Shown: in pieces, positions 12,648-24,580 of the stretch
Numbering within the stretch: the first letter of the stretch is position 1
Layout of the letters: every line of letters starts with the position of its first letter
Assembly: GCF_964204865.1 (NCBI RefSeq)
Contig: NC_135259.1
Location: forward strand, 20,150,001-20,214,000
DNA length: 64,000 nucleotides
Direction of reading: 5' to 3'
Source: Styela clava
Lineage: Eukaryota
Notes under the pieces: model-generated
Databases searched by the model: none
Told to the model about the DNA's origin: nothing
What the model saw: only the letters and a program-made list of their open reading frames with translations
Translations under genes and position numbers: made by a program

Positions 12648-15600
12648 CTGAAATATAAACAAAGTGTAATCATAAAATATATAAACATGGCCAATCCTAC
12701 CGCAATGTCAGCAAAACTGTAGCAAATGGTAGCAGAATGGTATCAAATGTCAAATGGACGTGTTCCCCTGTGAATTGAGACAAATAGCAACATTTGGGGA
12801 TAAATATCAGGCACCGGTGGACTCGATAAAACATTCGAAATCGAACTAAAAGCAATATTTGCTAAATTTGCATTTATTTTCATTTTTCACCAATTTTGTA
12901 AGTTTCACTTTGTGAAAAATAATTGGTTTTATGAGATAATTTTAACAAGAATTTTCAAACTTTCACTCCGAAATAAGCTGTAATAGCAGTCACTGATATG
13001 TTCGACATTTTCTGTGCAATTTATCACATTTTAAATAAGTGGCATGGGATTCGAACCCGTGAACCAAAACCATTATTACTTTTGTACATTTTGTTTTACA
13101 TTCAGTCGCAATAAAGAAATTCACGTTTATTCAGAGAAATATATGCTGTACAAACCTCTACAGCACGGTCTTGAAGAGCTCCATTCCTGATTTTCTAGAC
13201 AGGTGACCTCGGCGTTGCCTTGGATACGGTAGCCTCTGTTGCAGCCGAATTCACAAACTGATCCAATGTTGTTGTCATCTGAGCAAGTCATGTTACCTTC
13301 GTTTGGTGGAAACAATGGCGGGCTACATACAGCACCTTGATTTATAAAAGGTATGAATATTTGATTAAAACATATTACTATCATGTACAAAATTTATCAA
13401 AAAAACAAAATTGTTTTTCCATGTACTCAACGAATTGAAAAATTAGCGACAATCAGAGCGCCGCGAAAAAAGCAAGAGAGAAAAATGCGGCCCTCTTAGT
13501 CTTGCAGTAATAAATTCACCGGATAAAACTGCGAAAGATCCAATGCAGCAACAAGAGCAAAAGTCAATAGGTATTTTTACCCATATGGGTAGGCTTGTTT
13601 TAAACATAAACTGTCGGATTAGGATTTTATGCTTAATGAAGAAAATCTGAGTTGTGACAAGGGTCACACTAAATGACTTGGCGGGCAGGGTTGTGGCCCG
13701 CAGGCTACCTCTTGCATTAAGTCATTCGATATGGATCACTGGATCGGAAAATAACCCCTTGCGTCGTACATGGCCATATATGTTAAAAGCGCCGATTGTA
13801 AGGTTACCATTAATGCAAGGCAACCTGATAAATTCGGAGTACAACACGCTTAGTCTTATTATTCATTCCGTATAGAAAAATTAGATATTTTACTGAAAAA
13901 ACAAATAAAACCAAAAATGTTACTTACGAACACAAGTAGGAGGAGTCCGACTCCATGTCAGTGTCGTTCCTAAGCACATCGTTTGACTGTACGATTCTTG
14001 AAGCACGAAACCTGGGTCACACTCAAATGAGCATACGGAGTTAACATTCCATCCATCGGTACACGTGACAGCACCATTAGCGATGTCTCCGATACGAGGC
14101 TTGCAGATTTCTAAGTCGTTTCCGGAGTCTGTAAATTGATCATTTTGATGATAAAAGCTGAATTACTTGAGCGACTCGGATCGGTATTTTTAAACTTCGC
14201 AAAGTTTGACTCAATAAAAAATGTAAATTTTTGATTCATTTAGGGGTTAGAGTCAAAATTTCAGACTAGAGTGCTTACTTCTGCATGTTAAGTATATTTG
14301 TATAAATCTGTTCATATGAAAACCATTGAACCTGATGGGATTCGGAATCCAACAATCAAAACAACACTATAGATACCACTGGAATGATAAACATGGGGGC
14401 CATGAGTGCTAAAAGCCTCCAGAAAGCAGCCACAAGCCATAGAAGGTTGGGAACAACTAGCCTAAAACCTGATGAACATGAAGAAAAAAACGGGTGATAT
14501 TTATAATGGCCTGGTTCGACCGTATCAGCTAGCGGGTCTGTGGGTTTTAATGAGTCCTGGGGTCTCGAAAAACCGTTTCAGTCTACGAAAGATTGCTATG
14601 CATGTTTCAAAAAAATGCCCTTTTTGCATTTCAAATGAAGTGGGGCCACTCTCAATTCCCCTGGTTAAGCCCCTGCTAAGATTATTCAAATTTTGTGATT
14701 ACAAAAAGTTAAATTTTTAATTTCACTGTTACAATTATTCCGCAATTCAATTAGTTTTAAAATAATTCTCAATTTACCTGGATAGGCCTCTGCAAAGATT
14801 ATTCAAATTTTGTGATTACAAATAGTTGCAATTCTAATTTCACTGTCAAAAATATTCAGCAATCCAATAAGTTTTAAAATGTAAATTAAACTTACGTTTT
14901 GCCCTCTCTGTGTCGCACGAATAACGGAGACTGTCGCTGCAATTGACGACTTTCCACAAGAAATCACGAGTTCCATATGAAACGGGATCCGATATAAGGT
15001 GGACACAGTTCTGGAAATCTAGAATAAAACACGAAAGTGTTGCCTAAATATATGGTCACGAAGGTTAGAAATTAACATATTATGAGCAAAATTCCAAACA
15101 AATTTGAGAATAATTGCACCGAATGGCATAAACAATTGAAACGGATGTCTGAATAATTGCACCGAATGTCCTAAAAATTGTATTAAATTTCATAAACAGT
15201 TGTAACGAATGTAATGAATAATTGTATCGAATCATGATTAATGGGGCCGAATGTTATATGAAATGATCTCATAAATTATATAAACAATGATGACAACGCA
15301 CAAGGAAATATGCTACTAGTCGCTAGTTGAATAAAACGTCAATTGTTTCGTTTTAGCTCCATTTATATTCCACTTTTTCCTGAGAATTATAAACAAAACA
15401 AAAAACGATGAATTTGGGGTCACAAGAATGTCACTATCCTACTGAATACAAGAACAAAGGGAGTGAAGGTGTGTCGTATAAAAAAATCCAGATCCCTAAA
15501 AATCAGGGCACATATGCGTAGCCAAGAGAGGTAGAGGCAAGAGTAAGCGTCGTATTACGTCACTATACAAAAAATGCCCCCCCCCCAAATAAAAATAAAA

Positions 15601-18600
15601 AATTGGGCTCGCTACGTTCTTGTCAGAGTACCTTTTTACATATCATTAAATATCATTAGCTGCTTTGCCTAGTTCGAAGCGATTAACGCGAATGAATGTC
15701 ATACGAATTTTTTTTTCTACCTTCTTCTTTCCTCAGCCGAGGTTCGCCAGGAGCCCATTTAGTGAATTGACCTTCTTTTAATTCGCATCCATCTCTCCAT
15801 CTCAACTCATTGCCATCAAATCGATCGTCCAGACCAATCCAAGCTCCTAAAATAACGGATGTCTCGTCGCCTGCTGGAACAACTCTAGACTGCAAATATT
15901 GAACAAATAATTTCTGTTAGAAAATCTATGTAACTTTGCTAAGTAACGTCTGGGCTTGTGAGCGAAGTGACTCTAAATGAATTACTCGACTCGTCATCAA
16001 ATTGCCAGTGAGATATAACTTAGGGACTATAATTTGGGTTTTGGGACTTTTAACGAAAACTGCGTCGTTGAAGCTAGAAATCCCGAAAAAGGGAGATTTA
16101 TCTTAATATTATGATGATTGTCTCCAAACTTCGAGTCTATTTGAAAGTGTGCAGGAATTAAATTTTAGAAATAGGATTTACATAATATTCTCGGGGAGAC
16201 GAAAACCGATAAGACGGCTTAATCATATCATGATGAACCACGGCCTCATGTCCGGTTATGTCGTGTATGGGATTAGTTATCCAGATATTTGTTTTCAGAA
16301 ACATGGACTTGCTGATGAAGGAAGCCGTAGCCGACCAGCGGATAAGTGAACCACCCTACGATGGCGAGGTGTCCAGCAATCCTCAGGCACATAATTTACC
16401 TTGAGTTGGATTCAAACCTGCGAACCCAAGCAGGGTAATCTGAAGTGCGGTGGAGAGCGTATGCCCAATGCTTGGCACGATGCGCCACACCGCAATTGAA
16501 TTTTATAACCAAGTTATGAAACGCTTACCAGCAGAAGATCATTGATTTCCTTGTACACCCTTTCATCTTTCATTACTGGTGGAACTCCTTGCTCAAAACT
16601 GACACACCAGTCAATCTGAGGTTCTGGTGGCGTGACAGTTGTAGTAGCATCAACTGGGGCGTCAGATGTAGTAGATGGCGTAACTTCTGAGCCTTCTCCG
16701 GGGATATTAGTAGCAACTGACGATGTGTCATTGTTGTTTGAGTTAATGTCAGTGGGGACGACATCTGTTATAGTATTGGGAACAGTTGGCGTGGCACCAG
16801 ATGTGTTTCCATTTTCAGCAGTTGCTAAATTACTGTTTGTATCTGTGACTGACTTGGTCGTGGCATCATTAAGTGCATTTGTGGCATCAGATATAGTTGT
16901 GGTATCTATTGACTTTCCTGACTTTCCTGAGGGATCTGTTGAAGTAGGTGCCGTGGCATCAATTGCTCGAGTGGCACCGCCTATAATTTCGATACTATTT
17001 CCAGTTGTAGCAATTTGAATTACCTCGGTCGGCTTTGGTTTTTGTGTTATATTTTTCCTGATGCAGTACAGGCCATCCATGAGTTGTTCATGTGGGCAGT
17101 CAACATCGTTTTCTGTATAAAAAAGAAACATTTTGAGTAACGAATAAAATTTTTCAAGATGATTTGATAAATGAAATATTACGCGAGTTTACTCAAAAGT
17201 AAAAAATACTATGGCCTTCTGAAAATAGCTACGCAAAGAATTTGATCACAGCAAAACAAAATGCCCTGGCTTCAATTTCTCGTGTGACACCGCCTATAAT
17301 TTCTATAGTGTTTTCAGTTGTAACTTAGTCAAAACCTAGTTGAAATTTTGAGGAAATTTGTTTAATGCAAAGGCCACGCGTCCTTACTCAAAAGTAAGAA
17401 GACTGACTCGTCTATGAGTATATCTATGTGCACCTTTGATAAAATATGCAAGTTATTGATAAATTTAGTCAAATTGGCATTAGTAGTTATAAATAACAAT
17501 GCTGTTTTTGCTACAAGATGGCAGTTATCATTTTAATTATTGAAGTGTCCATTTTCGCGAAAGAATTTTTTGCTTTTCTTGTAGTTTTTTTGTCGCATAA
17601 GAAAGTTATCGAGCCACAGAATTTTGGTGCAACGGAAATAGGCCACAGAGAAAAAAAAAGGTTAGATAAATAAATTGACGGTAGTACTAATGAATAACAA
17701 TGCATTTTTTGCTACAGCGGGGCATTTACCATTCTCATCATTGAAGTGAATGTATCTATACTTTCGGAAATCAGTTGAACTTTTTTGTAGTTTGCTCGTA
17801 GTAGCATGAGAAAGTTAATTTGCCTGACTGTGTCTATTTTTGCGAAAATAATTTTTTGTTTTTTTTGTAGTTTTTTCTTTGCATGAAAAACTAAAAGGGC
17901 CACAAAATTTTGTGCAACTAAAATGGGCCGCGAAAGAAACAGTTTAGTTTAGTTGAATTGACGGCAGTCGTAATGAATAACGATGCTGTTTTCCTACAGG
18001 ATGGCATTTATCATTTCACTTTGTTAATATGAATGTGACTATTTTTGCGGAAATTTTTTTTGCTTTACTCGTAGTTTTTTGTCGCATGAGGAAGGTAACG
18101 GGCTACAGACTTTTCGTGCAGTTAAAATTGGCCACGTAAGATAGAAAAGTTGATAACTACTGGTCTACTTACTTTCACAATTTATTCCATCGCCAATATA
18201 TTCCGGAGCACACATGCAAGTGTACGATCCAACATTGTTCTTGCATATACCATTTGCATCGCAATCGTGTTGCCATGTCATGCATTCATTTATGTCATAA
18301 CACTCGAATCCATCTCCGGAAAATCCTGCCTCACAGTTGCACCTGGAAAGTAGAAGGGGTAATTATTATAAACTGTTTCTCATCAGAGTTTCGGCATTTA
18401 CTAGGAGTAAATAGTGCGCGTGCTTTCTTTAATTAGTTTTAATACTTTTGGGTGAGCGAACACGTACTACTTTTTTTAACCACACATTTCCAAGTGAAAT
18501 CTGTACGTTTCAAACTAACTTGAGGTTTCGTTCGTTTTCCTGATTCTACAATCAGTTTTGTTTATTTTGTTTTTATCAAATATTTTATCTTCTATTATGC

Positions 18601-21600
18601 TGATTATGGAGTCGAAATAAACTCATACTAACTTATACCATAGATAATAATCATTTATTAAGTCATTTGTGAAATCGGACCCGATTGCTCTTTCATTTTG
18701 ATGCATGGGAGCCCTGCTATATGATATCTCGCACAATCCTTTCAACATTCTACTCGAATTGCGCTGACATTGCGTTAGTCATATTAAATCACTTCATCTT
18801 CGTTTGATATTTGGACAACCCTCTAGTGTTAAAATGACACGCTTTAAATAAATTTAATAATACATAACTTTCGAAAGCCAAATATGACGGTAATCGTCAA
18901 ATGCACTCTACCCATTCGCTGCTGTCGGAGAAGGTTTAAAGACAGAAAAAAAGACTAGACCAGGGAAGGCCAAAGCATTTCACGAGCCCCCTGCTCTTGG
19001 AGACAGGGAGGAGTTTGCTTATTATTTGCTGTGTACAACTACTAATATTCTTTATTATTACTACCATAGCGCTTATTTATGCAGACATATACTACTTGAA
19101 CTGTACAAAAACGGGAGTGCGACTTGCGCATATTACTAGCTAAAGAACCATTAAAGATTGCATAAATAAAGTAATTTTTACGCATGAGGTGGGAGGAATA
19201 GAGAGTTCTAAAATGAGGGAAGGGTAGATCCTAGCAAAACAAAACACCAAACTTACAAGTAGGATCCAATAGTATTTGTGCAGGTCGCCAGTTCGTGGCA
19301 TTTGTTGAGATCTGGGGAAGCGCATTCGTCAATGTCCAGACATGATGTCAGACCATCCCCTACGGAAACATGAAAATAAGTTTTTGTTCGAAAGATTCGG
19401 ATTTCTTTATATTAGTGACTGATCGCACCAGACTTTTTTCCTAGTTAAATGCTTACAAAAATTGCCATTCGCTCATCAGACCGAGAACATACGTTTTAAC
19501 TCATAAGCATAGTGCAACCGAAAAGAAAAAAAAAACGATTTTTTTACAACAACAAGAAGAAAAATATCAACAACAAAATCAATTAGAACAACAACAAATT
19601 AACAAAACGATCCATTTTGTGTCCAAAAACATTTCATACCTTCAAATCCGGGCCTGCATTTACAAATGAGGGTTCCATTTCGATCGTATTCAAAAGTTGC
19701 AAACTCATTACATGGATTTGTTTTTGTGTCACCTGAAAATTTATAAATAATGAATAATTAACAAAAAACAAAACACCATTAAAAGGCTATTCCATGATTT
19801 CCCAACCGTTGTGTGTGTGTGTGTGTGTGTGTGTGTGGAGGTATTCCATAAAAATTTTGTCGGTCTTGGGGAAATTGTACGTTGAATTTGCTGCAATGTT
19901 CTTTAGTTATTAAGTTAATTACAAACAGCTCAAACTGTACAAAAGCCAAAGTGCAACTACCACATAGCACTAGATATGGATTCATTAAGTAAAGATTGAA
20001 CAAGTAAAGTAGTTTACATGCGTATAGAGGAAGCATAACGAGTTCCAAAATATGCAAATGAAGAACTCTCATGGATATGGTTGGGAACCACTGGACTACT
20101 ATGGGAGTTCTACTGCATAATAACGCAAATATAAACGCTGAATTATATGGCTTTGCCACAATGCTAGGCGCAAAACTGACTAAAATATATTAATATAAAC
20201 TTTCGGATTTAAATAGTAACTCACGGAATGCTCGGACTTTACTGGTAAAACCTTAGGGTGCCGCGGAACATTTGGTTGAAAATCACTGCTATACACATAC
20301 CTTCTTTGCATGCAGGTTTTACCGCATCCCATTCCAAAGTCTCTTCCACGCATTGTACCGATTTTCTACCCAGAACGTGATATCCTTCCTCACAGCTGAA
20401 CTCACAGATAGAACCAGCACTCCGTCCCATTGAGCAAACGACTTCTCCGTGTTCCATAGGTGTGGTCATTTCTGTACTGCAGTGATCGAGTTTGCAATCG
20501 GGATCTAGAAATAATATATTTTTTTTTATCTTGTTTGAAAGAAAAAAATTAAGTTAAAGTAAAGTCACCCGCACTCACTCAGAAGTAAAAGGGACCTATC
20601 TCTAAGAAAAGTTTTTAGCGCTCCATAAATGTGTGTACTAATATGCAACTGATTTTGTTCGATTACTTTGCATCAAGTTGTGTAAAGAGACTGAAACCTA
20701 TGGACAGGGGAATATTCACTTGGATAAAACAGACAGTCCCCGAACTTGTAATAGAACTAAAATAAGGAAAATCGGCATAAAATTATGGTTGATTCTATAA
20801 CCTGAGTTTTTTCGTATTGAAATATATTCGCTCGAATCAAGATTACGCGAATTCACTCCGAAGGAAAAAAGGGGCTGGTTTTTAGGTAACGTTTCTTTTT
20901 ATATTTTAAGGTTATTAGCTCAAAGCAAGGTTGGTCTCGGTCACTCGCTCAGAAATTGAATATTTTTTACACGCATCAAACGCAAATAACTAAAATGGAA
21001 AAGAGACTTTTGTGAGCAAAGTTACGGACGAGCCCGAAAAAGCCATGAGCTATCAAAACTATACGACATTGTGGTGGTTCATCATGTGTCAAAATTACTG
21101 ACTGAGCCGAGATTTGAATCATTTCAGGGTATTAAAACCATGATAAACTATCGATGGATAAGCGTAACGTAATAAAGTTTCCCTTATATCACAAATAGGT
21201 GTTCCTGTGAGTTGAAATATTAGCAGAATTCTCGAGGAAAATATCATAAAAAACCTCGTGTCCAACAAAATAGCATAATTTTTGGTTAAAATATCTGGTC
21301 TCATTAGACTCGAAAAAAAATGGAGAAAGTAGCCTTTCATTGGCTTCTTCTTTTTCTAAATAATGAACTCAATAATGATTGATCAGTTACTTGCGCACAA
21401 AAGTCTTTTTTTTCAACAACGAGAACAATTTAGAAGAATATGTTTAGGTTCACATAGTGTCCAATATCGCTACTTACCAAAAACACACTTGGCATCATCT
21501 CCTGACCAGTATTTGTTAGACTTGCAAGTTCTTGATTTTGAGCCTTCTAATTTGAAGCATTTGTCACATCCAAACTCACAGGCCGATGACGTCACGCCTG

Positions 21601-24580
21601 GGACCGGCATACAATTCATCCATCCGTTAGTTGGCGCTTCCAATTTCCGGCAATGTGGCTCTGTAACATAGAAATTTGAGATGCAAACATGTCAAGTCGG
21701 TTGCGTAATTGTTAGAACAAAACCTCTTCGATCATGTGGTCATGGGTGTGCAAATTAGAAGTATTCAACGCTTACAGTGGAGGACAACTCCCTTACGCCA
21801 TGTTACCCGACCGGGCCGGAGTTTTGTCGCACTTTCGAAATAACTAAGATTCCTTAATCCCTTATTATTACAATACTAATGATTTATGCATACTCCCAAA
21901 ACAAAAGCAGGGGTGTGACCTGCGCATAATACTAACTAAGAATCCATTAAAGATTGAAAAAATAAAATACTTTTATGCATAGTGCGAAAGAAATAAAGAC
22001 TTCCGGAATAGGCAAAATGGAGAGTTCAACTAAAAAGGTTTGTGGGTCGGAAACCCTTCCGTTCTGGGCCTAGGAAAATAAAATTCGTGAATAGTATTCA
22101 ACCTATAGCCAATAACTTAGTGTGTACGTGCATTTAAGTGTCAGCAAATGCAAATTTTTTACCGTCAGTGTTTGAGTTGCAGCCAGCTTCTCCACAGCAA
22201 TATCTGCAAACGTATAGAGGAAAATACTCGGCTTGGTTGCACTGAGTTGAAGGCCATCCCGGTCTGTCGTTTTGCATGTAGTTATTATTACATGCTGTAG
22301 TCTGCTTGCATCCCTGTTAAAAAAATATTAGTGTGTAAAAAACAATGCGAGAATTTTTTTAGCCAGTCAGTAGTTTATTTTATCCTAAACTGAAAGTACA
22401 CATTAGATAAACATAATTAGGAAAGATAAAAAAAAGTACATTTCAGTGTGAAGTAAGACGCTATAAACCAGAGATGTTTATCGAACGGCGTCACTTAGGA
22501 GGGAGTCGAACATTAAATCATACCAAGAAAGAAGTCAAACATAATATACTAACAAAAGTCGCACTTTGAGACACACTTGAGCGACCCGCTACACCGGTGT
22601 CACTGTAGTTAATGGGAAGAAGACGACTCCAGACACGACAGGCTGCGGTAATCATTAAACGACGATTGTTCAACTTTTTGCTTGCTCGTTTTAGTTGCCT
22701 ACTTTATATTTATCAAACACTGAGTGAAGTGGTGAACATGGGATTCAAATCCAAGAGATTTGAAACCGAGTTTTCAAACTTGGGAAAACAAATACTCCCA
22801 TAGTATGTGTACCAGGTTAGGGTTACGCCATAATTTTATTCCGATTCAATTATTTTAGTTTTATTACGAGTTCTGAGACTGTCTGTGTTAGCCAAGTGAA
22901 TATACCTCCTGCCCATAGACTTTCATCCCTTTACACAACTTGATGTAAAATGGACGAACAAATTTAGTTAATTCCATATTGGTGCACACACCTCTGGAGC
23001 GCCGGAAAACAAGCATGAAAAAATGCTGCATATAGAAACCAAATCGAGTTTTATCTTCACTACTAGATTTTGTAAAGAATATGAGAAGAACACTATAAGG
23101 ATATTAGAAGTTTGCCTGGAGACCTATCCAATTTCATAATGTTGAGCTTTTCATCCCCTACAGGGGAGAAGTGAGGAAATTACTTCACACGCACACACAC
23201 AACGGCGCTCCAGATATATGTTTACTAATATGGAGACAAACTAATGTTGTTCGCCTACTTTACATCGAGTTGTGTAAAAGGCCGGAAGCCTATGGGCAGG
23301 GGGTATATTCACTTGGCTAGCACAGACAGTCCCCGAACTCGTAATAGAAAGAAAATAAGGAAAATCGGAATAAAATTGTGGCTTAACCCTAACCTGGTAT
23401 GGTAATATACTAGGGGAGTACCCAAACAACACACACTCATTACCTTAAAACTATCGCGAGCTTTAACTCCGTAATTCTTGGTACCCATTCACGTGGTGGT
23501 ATTCATGTGGTATCACAAAAGAGATTAGGGGGTGTTTTAACTTTTAGCGGAGTGTTCATCTCTTATAAGGGAAGAGTGTTAAGATCACTACACACTCACA
23601 AGTCACAACACACCCTAAATCGCTTAGCGCTATCGCGAGTTTACCTTTGTAATTCTTGGCACCAATCCTCGTCCAACATGCATCATTCTGACTTCTGTTT
23701 GGCATGAATCTTGCGAATAAGCGCACTCTATGAGTCCTTGCTCGTTGCATTCTTCGTGAGTCTTTGCGTTATGGCAATGGTAGCAACGTAAAGGAGTTTC
23801 CAGCACGTTCGGAAAATAAGTCCCGTCCTTTTTCTGTTTGTGTTCGCGCATTTCTTTTGTTTTTAGCGGGTGTTTGAGTTTATAGGCATCGACGATTAGA
23901 ACCATTAGCAGTGAAGTGAACACCAAGCCGACGAGAAAAGTGCCTAAAAAATAAAAGATTGTTGTATGAGTAAAAAACGTTTTACGTGTCGTGCTATGGG
24001 TAAGGAACACACTTGCAGATTCGCAGGTTCGAATCTTGTTGGAGATATTTATGTGCGAGAGGATTGCTGTACTCCTCCCTCTCTCTAAGTCGTGATGTGA
24101 TTCAGGTAACCGGACTTTCTGTGTTGCATTATTCTATTTATTTTGAATTTTCTATTAAATGAGTATTTGGATTCTATAAAAAAGGGTTTTAGGTTTAAAA
24201 TCGTCCAACGTTTCAATCCGGTGATGTGCAACATGAGGCCCGCGGTCCACAACCTGGTCCGTCAAACCATTTAGTGTGGCCTTTGTCAACACTGAGATTA
24301 ATCTCCGCATAAAATCCTAAGACCTCCAGAAGTGTACGCACCAAGATGACGCACAACCTGAACATAGTATATGTTTACCGGTTAGGACTCAGGTTGTGCG
24401 ACATCTTGGTGCGCATACTTCTGGAGCACCAAATCCTAATCAGACAGTTTATGTTTGAAAAGTACTCGTATGGGTAAAAATACATAATGTTAAGTCAGTC
24501 AGTTACGTACTGTTATTAATATAAAATCGGGCGAAATTTTTTGGTAGATCTGATAAAGTTAAAAACTCACTTTTTCGCAT
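10480..24580 (-). CDS. Secreted mosaic protein, 17 coding exons, 1018 aa: SP-LU(Ly6/uPAR)-CCP-CCP-EGF-cbEGF-cbEGF-CTLD(with mucin insert)-CCP-CCP-vWA
   Basis: Exons in transcript order: 24571-24580, 23645-23943, 22163-22313, 21478-21660, 20301-20504, 19640-19732, 19257-19359, 18173-18342, 16529-17112, 15721-15913, 14896-15018, 13928-14128, 13156-13335, 12544-12647, 11687-11849, 10951-11061, 10480-10664. All introns are GT-AG, phases join into one open frame of 3057 nt, start [23 protein letters not shown], end VCSSQC-TAA. No transmembrane segment seen. Confidence 0.9.
13156..14128 (-). CDS. Exons 12-13: two CCP/Sushi domains
   Basis: [32 protein letters not shown] and [32 protein letters not shown]. 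Confidence 0.9.
14896..17112 (-). CDS. Exons 9-11: Thr/Ser-rich mucin-like stretch and C-type lectin-like domain
   Basis: About 150 aa T/S/P-rich segment; [36 protein letters not shown]. Confidence 0.85.
16168..16493 (-). mobile_element. tRNA-derived SINE-like element
   Basis: Head with A-box-like tggcgcatcgtg and B-box-like ggtttgaatcc. The 3' body matches 40823-41023 (+). Head fragments at about 24020-24080, 31342-31366 and 34139-34163. Confidence 0.7.
17490..18165. repeat. Degenerate intronic tandem repeat x3 (200-280 bp)
   Basis: aataac.atgc..tttt..ctaca..atggca recurs at about 17492, 17693 and 17976. Confidence 0.7.
18173..19732 (-). CDS. Exons 6-8: one degenerate EGF plus two calcium-binding EGF domains
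   Basis: [15 protein letters not shown]; [41 protein letters not shown]; [40 protein letters not shown]. Confidence 0.9.
19809..19837. repeat. (GT)n microsatellite; also (CATA)n at 291-316 and (AT)n at 47783-47816
   Basis: Seen directly. Confidence 0.95.
20301..21660 (-). CDS. Exons 4-5: two CCP/Sushi domains
   Basis: [38 protein letters not shown] and [32 protein letters not shown]. Both are symmetric phase-1 exons. Confidence 0.9.
22163..24580 (-). CDS. Exons 1-3: signal peptide and Ly6/uPAR-like three-finger domain
   Basis: Hydrophobic N-terminus, then LRCYHC...ECN...[12 protein letters not shown]...KGCK...ACN...QCN...[12 protein letters not shown] (12 Cys, terminal CCxxxxCN signature). 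Confidence 0.85.
22791..23003 (+). mobile_element. MITE subtype A (about 200 bp; GG(T/C)RCTCC termini, 8-bp TSD), representative copy
   Basis: Perfect TSD ggaaaaca. Other full or partial copies: 1194-1396, 7076-7250, 7728-7833, 20616-20790, 23204-23422, 26640-26852, 29392-29583, 30617-30778, 32192-32380, 33414-33575, 37443-37930, 41781-41994, 48745-48877, 51688-51899, 53049-53256, 58394-58608, 62737-62836. Confidence 0.9.

Noticed and set aside
13040-13066. tRNA gene (gggattcgaaccc)
   Set aside because: Only a B-box-like fragment with no cloverleaf; probably SINE debris.
16632-17018. 128-aa + strand ORF
   Set aside because: Antisense shadow of the Thr-rich exon.
10480-24580. Gene symbols SVEP1, CFB or SELP for the mosaic gene
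   Set aside because: Domain order differs; there is no pentraxin/HYR, serine protease or transmembrane domain.
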